A stretch of DNA of 64,000 nucleotides from Candidatus Brocadiaceae bacterium (GTDB lineage Bacteria > Planctomycetota > Brocadiia > SM23-32). Shown one piece after another: positions 57,621 through 64,000 of the stretch (positions within the stretch are counted from its first letter, which is position 1; each line of letters opens with the position of its first letter). The translations under genes and the position numbers were made by a program. The DNA is taken from contig PUMJ01000050.1 of assembly GCA_003551305.1 (NCBI GenBank), positions 12,073-76,072 of the forward strand. Direction: 5' to 3'. Below the pieces are notes generated by a model. It was given only the letters and a program-made list of their open reading frames with translations, had not been told where the DNA came from and did not search any database.

Positions 57621-58799
57621 TCAGTCCGTCTTCCGGCGGCGAACTTCCTCCAGGAACGGCGTGCGGCCGGTTTCGACGCACCTGGCGGCATAAAGGTACA
57701 TGGCCGCCGACCAGGTCTGCCAGTCCTGCCCGGCGACCTGCGCGTCCTGGGCGCGGAACCACTCGTTGAAACCGAACTCGACGTCGTGGTCGCGGGCGGG
57801 CCTGACCAGCCGGGTCAGGGCCTCGAAGTTCCGCTCAGCGATGCGCGGGCGTCCGGCAGCGACGGCCGCTGCCACGTAGAAGCCGCATATGAACGGCCAG
57901 ACGCCGCCGTTGTGGTATTCGCCGGGCCGGCCGTAAGTCTCGTAGCGGGGGCGCCAGTCAGGGTCCTCCGGGCGGATGTAGGGGAAGAAATTCGGCGGCA
58001 GGTCAAGCGCCAGGTCGCCGCCCGCGCGCAGGACCTTGCACTCGGCCTCGACCCAGGCGATGAGCCGCTGCGCCCGCGTCGGCGAGGCAATGCCCAACAG
58101 CACCGCCAGGCTGTTGCCCAGCAGGTCGAACCGCTCGCTGTTGTATGCCTTGTAGGACCAGAGGGCGTAGTAGGGCTTGTGCGGCACCGCCAGCCCCTCG
58201 TGCACGTGCCGCTGGCGGCGGCCGCCCCGCACGTCGAACCTGTTCATAAGCGCTCGCAGTCTGTCGGCGCGCTCGTGACAGCCGAACAGCCGCAGGTGCC
58301 CGTGCACCAGCGAGTTGACGTAAAGCCCGTAGCCCTGCACCCACTGCTCGTCGCGCCAGTCGCTGGTGGGCTGCTGGGCCACCATAACCTCGTCGTCCGG
58401 CGCCTGGTACTCCATCCACCTGAGGGCCTTGCGGGCGGCCTCTTCCAGGAAGCCCCGCTGCCCGGACGCCTGCCGATAGGCGGCCAGGCCGATGAGGAAC
58501 AGCGGGGTGGTGTCGCTGGCCCCTCGCTCGTCCCGGTCATGGGCCAGGGACGGGATGTGGCCCAGGGGGCTCTGGTTGTGGGCCAGCGCCTCCAGGGTGC
58601 GCCGCACGGCGTCGTGCAGCCGTTCACTGTCGCTGGTCAGCATGCCGAGTGCGGCGATCATGATGTCGCGCGTGTAGGGCTCGGGGTATCCCCACCCGGC
58701 CGTGCGCGGCAGGCCCCGGCAGGGCCCGCGGGCATTGTGCAGCAGGACCTCCAGCGCCGCCTCTCTGGCTTCTTGGGCGGGGCGGTCGAGCTTCGCCAT
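57621..58799 (-). CDS. (alpha/alpha)6-barrel glycoside hydrolase (GDE_C / GH63-GH100-like)
   Basis: GWGYPEPYTRDIMIA and further (alpha/alpha)6 hydrolase motifs. Lies 2 nt after the GT4 stop. Confidence 0.6.
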   Translation of the reverse strand: MAKLDRPAQEAREAALEVLLHNARGPCRGLPRTAGWGYPEPYTRDIMIAALGMLTSDSERLHDAVRRTLEALAHNQSPLGHIPSLAHDRDERGASDTTPLFLIGLAAYRQASGQRGFLEEAARKALRWMEYQAPDDEVMVAQQPTSDWRDEQWVQGYGLYVNSLVHGHLRLFGCHERADRLRALMNRFDVRGGRRQRHVHEGLAVPHKPYYALWSYKAYNSERFDLLGNSLAVLLGIASPTRAQRLIAWVEAECKVLRAGGDLALDLPPNFFPYIRPEDPDWRPRYETYGRPGEYHNGGVWPFICGFYVAAAVAAGRPRIAERNFEALTRLVRPARDHDVEFGFNEWFRAQDAQVAGQDWQTWSAAMYLYAARCVETGRTPFLEEVRRRKTD

Positions 58800-58801
58800 A
58801 G

Positions 58802-59944
58802 TCAGTCTATCCCCAATCGGTCGGAAATGATCTCGGTAAAACGCCTGGCCACGGCGCGGTAGTCGTATCTCTCGGCGGCCCTCCTGCGGCCGGCCTCGCC
58901 CATGCGGCGGCGCAGTTGCGGGTCTTCCATCAGTTTCAGCAGGTAGTCGGCCAGGTCGTGGACGCTGGCGCGGTAATCGGCCGTGCGGGGCGGGTCGAAC
59001 ACGATGCGGTGTTCCCGCTCATAGCCGGACTCCTCCCCCACGACGGCCTCGCCGACGCGGATTTCCTGGGCGATGCCGGCCAGGAACGCCGTCTCCCCGT
59101 GCACCAGGGTGTCCAGCATGGCCATCGCCCGTATGCCGAGCACGGGCCGGCCGCAGGCGCCGGCCTCCACCTGCGGCATGCCGAACCCCTCCAGCCGCGA
59201 GGGCCCGGCGTAGATGTCACACGCAGCCAGCAGGTAGGGCATGAAGGTGCGGGAGAACATACCGGCCGTGTAAACGACGTTCTTGTCAATGCCGAGCTGG
59301 GTGGCCAGATGCATGTCATAGAGGTTCTGCTGGACGGTTCGAGGCTGGGGCCAGACCTTGCAGACGTACTTCCAGTCGGGCGCGCGGGTGTCTATCAGGG
59401 CGAGCGCCTGCATGACCTCCTGGGCGCCTTTGCTGGCGGCGTCCCCCCCGACGGTCAGGATCATGATCTGGTCCGGCCCGATGCCCAGCGTATCGCGCAC
59501 GGCCGCAACCTTCGGGTCGCTACGTTCCCGCGGTGTGAACGAGTCCGTGTCGCAGCCCACCGGCAGGACCTCCAGGATGTCCTCCTTCAGGCCGTCGCGC
59601 ACGTAGACCTCCTTGACCCAGTTGCTGGTCACCAGGATGAGCGGCAGGTTGTTGAGCACTTCCATGTAGTTGGCTATGTAGCCGTCGGCCACCAGCCAGG
59701 GCACGGGGCGGGCGCCGTAACGCTGAGGGTGCAGCACCAGGTGCGGCGTATGGCCCCAGTAGCCGACCCCCACCACCACGTCCGGCTCGAACCAGCGGTA
59801 GTACCACTCCTTCTCCTGGCTGGACTCGAAGTGGGCCGCCTGCGCCTCGACCCCCATCTCCCGCAGACCCCGGTAGAGCAGGTCGCCCTGCGTGGCCAGC
59901 CCGCCCGGTGAGGGCGGGTAGTCGTAGAGCATCAGCACTTTCAT
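58802..59944 (-). CDS. Glycosyltransferase family 4 (GT4)
   Basis: GT-B fold with the EGFG motif. Start MKVLML (59944) overlaps the LmbE stop as ATGA. An upstream ATG at 59971 is also possible. Confidence 0.8.
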   Translation of the reverse strand: MKVLMLYDYPPSPGGLATQGDLLYRGLREMGVEAQAAHFESSQEKEWYYRWFEPDVVVGVGYWGHTPHLVLHPQRYGARPVPWLVADGYIANYMEVLNNLPLILVTSNWVKEVYVRDGLKEDILEVLPVGCDTDSFTPRERSDPKVAAVRDTLGIGPDQIMILTVGGDAASKGAQEVMQALALIDTRAPDWKYVCKVWPQPRTVQQNLYDMHLATQLGIDKNVVYTAGMFSRTFMPYLLAACDIYAGPSRLEGFGMPQVEAGACGRPVLGIRAMAMLDTLVHGETAFLAGIAQEIRVGEAVVGEESGYEREHRIVFDPPRTADYRASVHDLADYLLKLMEDPQLRRRMGEAGRRRAAERYDYRAVARRFTEIISDRLGID

Positions 59945-60672
59945 CGCTCCGTCCCCCTTTCCTTCTGCCATGTGCGCAAGCTTCCCGGCGAGTCGAAGGC
60001 GAAAAACGCCTCGATGCCGGGGGTGGTCCGCGCCTCGAAACTTCCGGGTCCGAACCCGTACACCTCGGTGACTATGCGCCGTTTCTCCCGCCGGACCGGC
60101 TCGGGCAGCCTCAGCTTCGCATGGGCCGACGGCTCGGCCCGCGGCAGGCGCCGGCCCCCGGCGTCCGCGTAGGCGAACAGCCGCAGGGCCCGGGCCGTCA
60201 GGTCACCCGCCTGCCAGAGCGAGGTCACCGCGCGGCTGACCTCTTCGTGGCGCCGGTGGCGGGTGTATTCACCGCGCGGGCCGTGGGTGAACACCACGTC
60301 GAAGCGCCGCCCCCCGAGCAACCTCACGACGGCCTCCTCGACCGCAGCAGGCTCCAGTGGCGTCTGCTGCGGCCCGTCATCCAGGTCTTCCATCCGCCCC
60401 TCAGCCCCCAGGGCCTCGAGCGCGCGGCCGAACCTGGGCGCCCGGTCCGGGTCGCCGGCCCGACACAGCGTCACTATCCACCAGCGGCATTGCGGGTGCA
60501 GCAGAACCGTCCCGCCGACCCAGAGTGTCTCGTCGTCCGGATGGGCCACCACCACCGCGCCCTCCGAAGTCCCCTCCGGCATGACCTTCCTGTGGTCCGC
60601 TGCCATGGCGTTCCCCCCGGCCGTCCGTAGGCCCGCGTGCAACAATCCCCATGATATCACAAGCCCCGCCAC
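59941..60672 (-). CDS. PIG-L/LmbE family N-acetylglucosaminyl deacetylase
   Basis: VVVAHPDDETL motif. The start may be internal (MAADH or MPEG). Confidence 0.8.
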   Translation of the reverse strand: MAGLVISWGLLHAGLRTAGGNAMAADHRKVMPEGTSEGAVVVAHPDDETLWVGGTVLLHPQCRWWIVTLCRAGDPDRAPRFGRALEALGAEGRMEDLDDGPQQTPLEPAAVEEAVVRLLGGRRFDVVFTHGPRGEYTRHRRHEEVSRAVTSLWQAGDLTARALRLFAYADAGGRRLPRAEPSAHAKLRLPEPVRREKRRIVTEVYGFGPGSFEARTTPGIEAFFAFDSPGSLRTWQKERGTER

Positions 60673-60742
60673 TGCAACACGGATTTAGCCCGGGTCCCCG
60701 GTTTTCGGAACCCGGGGTTCCGGGGCCCGCCGCGCAGGGGGC

Positions 60743-62215
60743 TCAGAGCGGCGGCAGCGTGAGCTCGTCGGCGACTTCCTCCTGCCAGGCGCGTATGCGC
60801 TCGGCGAGCCGCCGCATAAGCGGCCGCATCTCGGCCGAGACGGCCAGGTTGCGCGTCTCGCCGGGGTCTTCCTGCAGGTTGTAGAGTTCGTGGTCGCCCC
60901 GCATGCTCCAGTTCAGCTTCCAGCCGTCGGGGGTGATGACAGTGCGGACGGGGTCGGAGGCGGCCTCCTCGGCTTCCTCAATGGTGGCGATTTCGGCCAG
61001 GGGTTCGGGCAGTTCGTCCTCCGCCGCCACCCGTCCCATGATGCTGGCGTTGGCGCCGTTCCACGCAATACAGACGTCCTGCCGGGGCGGGGCGGCGCCC
61101 TCCTTGAGCGCGCCCCTCAGGCTGACCCCCTCCAGGTGGTCGGGCGCCGGGTGGCCCATCAGGTCCAGCAGGGTGGGCACCAGGTCCACCTGGCTGACGG
61201 GCCGGGCGATGCGCCGCGCCGTGGACTGGCCCGGCAGACGAACCAGCAGGGGCACCCTGACCGCCTCCTGGAACATCACGCACTTGGCCAGAAGCTGGTG
61301 GCTGCCCATCATATCCCCATGGTCGGAGGTATAGACCACGATGGTGTTTTCGTCCAGCCCGCAGTCCTCCAGTGTGGCCAGGATGTCGCCCACGTAGGTG
61401 TCCACCAGGCTGCACAACCCCCAGTAGTTGGCGATCAGGCGGCGCCAGTCGGCCTCCGTCTTCAGCGGCAGCCCGCTGTGACCGTAGATGCGGTAGGCGC
61501 GCTGCATCAGGCGCACAAGCAGGGGCTGGTCCTCGGTGGGGACGGCCTCGAAGTTGTCTGGCAACCTGACCTCGGACGGCTCATGCTGCTCGTCGCGGGG
61601 GCCGTAGAACGGACTGTGCGGTTCCAGGAAGTTGACGTAGGCCACCCACGGCCGGCCGCGGTTCTGGCGTATCCAGCGACACGTTTCCCGCGCCAGGAAG
61701 GCCGGCTTGCTGTACTGCTCCGGCAGGCGCGCCGTCTGGCCCCGCCCGAAGACCGTCCCGTTCTTCGGCTCGAACCCGTTCTCCACCAGGAAGTGGTGGT
61801 ATGAGGAGCGCGCCTCCCGGTCCCGTCCTTCGCTGTAGTGGGGGATGTACATGTCCTCGATGCTCACCCACTGCTCGAAACCGTGCTGAGGGAATATCTC
61901 GTCCCCCAGGTGCCACTTGCCGAAGTAGCCGGTGGCATATTCCCCCTGCGGCAGCATCTCCGGCAGGCAGGGCACGTCTTCGGGCAAGGGGATGTTATTC
62001 GCCACGCAGCCGTTCGTGTGCGGGTATAGCCCCGTCATGATGGTGGAACGGGAGGGGGTGCAGACGGGCTGGGTCACGTAGGCGTTCTCGAAAACCGCGC
62101 TTTCCCGGCCCAGGCGGTTCAGGTTCGGCGTCTCGATGCGGTCGTTGCCGTAGGCGGCCATGGTGTCGGCGCGCTGCTCATCGGTAAACAGGAAAAGCAC
62201 GTTCGTCTTCGCCAT
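60743..62215 (-). CDS. Sulfatase (formylglycine-dependent; CTPSR)
   Basis: LFLFTDEQRAD...CTPSRSTIMTGL. Confidence 0.9.
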   Translation of the reverse strand: MAKTNVLFLFTDEQRADTMAAYGNDRIETPNLNRLGRESAVFENAYVTQPVCTPSRSTIMTGLYPHTNGCVANNIPLPEDVPCLPEMLPQGEYATGYFGKWHLGDEIFPQHGFEQWVSIEDMYIPHYSEGRDREARSSYHHFLVENGFEPKNGTVFGRGQTARLPEQYSKPAFLARETCRWIRQNRGRPWVAYVNFLEPHSPFYGPRDEQHEPSEVRLPDNFEAVPTEDQPLLVRLMQRAYRIYGHSGLPLKTEADWRRLIANYWGLCSLVDTYVGDILATLEDCGLDENTIVVYTSDHGDMMGSHQLLAKCVMFQEAVRVPLLVRLPGQSTARRIARPVSQVDLVPTLLDLMGHPAPDHLEGVSLRGALKEGAAPPRQDVCIAWNGANASIMGRVAAEDELPEPLAEIATIEEAEEAASDPVRTVITPDGWKLNWSMRGDHELYNLQEDPGETRNLAVSAEMRPLMRRLAERIRAWQEEVADELTLPPL

Positions 62216-62320
62216 CGGTCGGGCTCCTTCGGGGGAAACACCACGGTTCCCGGACGGCTAACATCCTACCGCCCGCTCCTGCGAACGCAACGCGCAGCCG
62301 GCCGGCGGCCCGTGACGACC

Positions 62321-63607
62321 TCATTGCCCGGACAGTGAGTGCCGGGCTCGCTGGAGTTCACGGGCGCGGTCGCCGAGTTGCTCGGCGCGAACCGGGCCTC
62401 GCTCCGTGACGATCTCAGAGACAAGATCGGCGGGGACGGTCTCGAAGCAGGGGTTCCGCACGTTCACCCCGGGCAGGCTCTCGCCGAGCTCGGAAGGATC
62501 CATCGTCTCCATCTCGGGACGGTGGCCGACGGGCAGCACCTTGCTCTCGGAGGCCACGACCAGCGTCCGTGCCCCGCCCCACGCGGCGCCGCAGCAGAGG
62601 GCGAAAGTGCCCGTCTTGTTCACCACGGAGCCGTCCGGCAGGAGGCTGTCCGCGCCGGTGAGCACGAGGTCGGCCTCAGCGGCGGTGCGCACGGCGGCGG
62701 CGTCGGTGACGAGTTCGGCGGGGATGGCGAAGGAAGCAGCCAGCTCAGCCGTGCGCCGGCCCTCGCGCGCGGGTCGGGATTCCGCGACGCTCAGCCGTCC
62801 GATGCGACCGGCGGCCCCGCGCAGAGTGGCCAGCACCGAGAAGGAGTAGCTCAGAGTGACGACGTGGCTTCCGTCGGGGATACGCCCTGCGGCACACTCC
62901 GCTGCGCGAAGGGGGGCCAGCTCCCGCCGGGCGATCAGGTCCTCCAGCGCCTGGACCAGCCCCCCGCCCCGGCCGGTGTCGCGGGCAAGGGCCCCGGCCT
63001 CCAGCCCCGCGCTCAGCACGGGCGCCATGCTGGGGCGCAGGGAGAGCGCGGCGCGGCACAGTTCGCGGAAGCGTTCCCGGGGGCCTTCGGCCGCCCACCT
63101 GAGCGCCGTCAGGGTCCGGAGCCCCAGCTCCTCGGCGCCGTGTTCGCGGTCGGCCCGCACCTGCTGGAAGACCGCCCCGGGGTCCGGCCGGCCGTCATGC
63201 CGGGCTACCGCCTGCCAGGTCTCGGTCAGTCGGGGGACGGTCTCCCGTTGCGGGATGTGGTCCGGCTCGGTCCAATCGAAGCGGATGTGCTCCCAGTCAC
63301 GCCGCACCCGTTCGGGGGCCAGGCAGCGGAAGCGGTAGGGATGGACCACCCAGAGGGTGTTCAGGTCCCAGTCGGCGGACCGGACCGGCAGCCCTTCGGC
63401 TGCCAGTTCGACGTCGGAGCGCCGCAGCCCGGTCTCCTCCTTGATCTCGCGGAATGCCTGCTTGCGGGGCCCGGCCTCCTCGACGGATCCGCTCACGGCG
63501 GCCCACCGGCCGGGGTAGGTGCCCACGTCCTCGCTTCGCTCGCCGAGCAGGACCCGTCCGTCCCCGGGGCGCACCAGAAAGCACGTAACCACGTGGCGGA
63601 GTTCCAT
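62321..63607 (-). CDS. Fusion protein: N-terminal Nudix hydrolase + C-terminal eIF-2B alpha/beta/delta-like domain (ribose-1,5-bisphosphate isomerase / MtnA family)
   Basis: Nudix box ..REIKEETGL in the N-terminal ~150 aa. GADSLLPDGSVVNKTGTFALC, the e2b2/MtnA hallmark, in the C-terminal part. Confidence 0.7.
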   Translation of the reverse strand: MELRHVVTCFLVRPGDGRVLLGERSEDVGTYPGRWAAVSGSVEEAGPRKQAFREIKEETGLRRSDVELAAEGLPVRSADWDLNTLWVVHPYRFRCLAPERVRRDWEHIRFDWTEPDHIPQRETVPRLTETWQAVARHDGRPDPGAVFQQVRADREHGAEELGLRTLTALRWAAEGPRERFRELCRAALSLRPSMAPVLSAGLEAGALARDTGRGGGLVQALEDLIARRELAPLRAAECAAGRIPDGSHVVTLSYSFSVLATLRGAAGRIGRLSVAESRPAREGRRTAELAASFAIPAELVTDAAAVRTAAEADLVLTGADSLLPDGSVVNKTGTFALCCGAAWGGARTLVVASESKVLPVGHRPEMETMDPSELGESLPGVNVRNPCFETVPADLVSEIVTERGPVRAEQLGDRARELQRARHSLSGQ

Positions 63608-63619
63608 GAGGCGTGGGGG

Positions 63620-64000
63620 TCAGAACTCGGGGGGGATGTCTATGGGGCGGCCTTCGTGGACCTCGGCGTTGGCGGCGCGGTAAGCCTCGTAGTACTGGCC
63701 CGCTATGACCTCCCAGCTCACCACGTCCATCAGGTAGCGGTAGAGCCTGAAGCCGAGTTCCCAGCGCAGCCCCTCGTCGGTGGCGAGCCTGACGATATTC
63801 TCGTGAAGCATACGGCGGTTTGTGAACAACAGACCGCCGCCGTTCTCGAGCGTCTGGGCCGTCAGCCCCTCCAGGGGCGCCGTGGTGACGTAAGGCTTGT
63901 TCAGCGCAATAATGCGGGCCAGCGTGCCGGACTGCGTCTCGTCCACCGTGGGCAGGACGATGAAGTCGCAGATGCCCATCACCTTGTAATAGACGTCCCC
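63620..64000 (-). CDS. Glycosyltransferase (GT-B, GT4-like), C-terminal part only; gene continues beyond the window end
   Basis: Typical GT4 C-terminal helix region; ORF open to position 64000. Confidence 0.5.
   Translation of the reverse strand, partial: GDVYYKVMGICDFIVLPTVDETQSGTLARIIALNKPYVTTAPLEGLTAQTLENGGGLLFTNRRMLHENIVRLATDEGLRWELGFRLYRYLMDVVSWEVIAGQYYEAYRAANAEVHEGRPIDIPPEF

Noticed and set aside
1-64000. CRISPR arrays, transposases, integrases and rRNA genes.
   Set aside because: No regularly spaced short direct repeats were seen. No IS-like terminal inverted repeats or DDE/tyrosine-recombinase ORFs were seen. The only repeats are the 81-bp pilD-end duplication and the intragenic 108-bp tandem repeat.

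Overview
High-GC (~68%) bacterial chromosomal window, densely coded on both strands. It mixes housekeeping genes (thrS, dprA, rnpA-yidD, hflX, apbE, uvrC, Hsp20) with a glycan-degradation and transport repertoire: three formylglycine-motif sulfatases, a GH78 rhamnosidase, an oligogalacturonate-lyase-like beta-propeller, a beta-helix protein, an AGE-family epimerase, and MFS, NSS and ABC transporters. This content and GC are compatible with a PVC-type or similar heterotroph, but no taxonomic marker lies in the window.

The strongest candidates for new biology are:
- A low-GC ~2 kb islet carrying a Type II restriction-modification pair (SPPF beta-class methyltransferase plus HNH endonuclease), inserted exactly at the 3' end of the prepilin peptidase gene and flanked by an 81-bp direct repeat that re-encodes the PilD C-terminus.
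- A tightly coupled five-gene minus-strand operon: ArsR/SmtB repressor, a 3x tandem-repeat Cys/His-rich protein, a small SAM methyltransferase, and an ABC-2 exporter, with a promoter/operator palindrome and a terminator.
- Two paralogous membrane proteins fusing a GGDEF domain to a C-terminal ComF-like phosphoribosyltransferase domain.
- A Nudix hydrolase fused to an eIF-2B/ribose-1,5-bisphosphate-isomerase-family domain.
- An LmbE-deacetylase / GT4 / (alpha/alpha)6-hydrolase three-gene operon.

No CRISPR array, tRNA, rRNA, transposase or integrase was recognised. Many long ORFs in the supplied track are antisense artefacts of the high GC content and were rejected.
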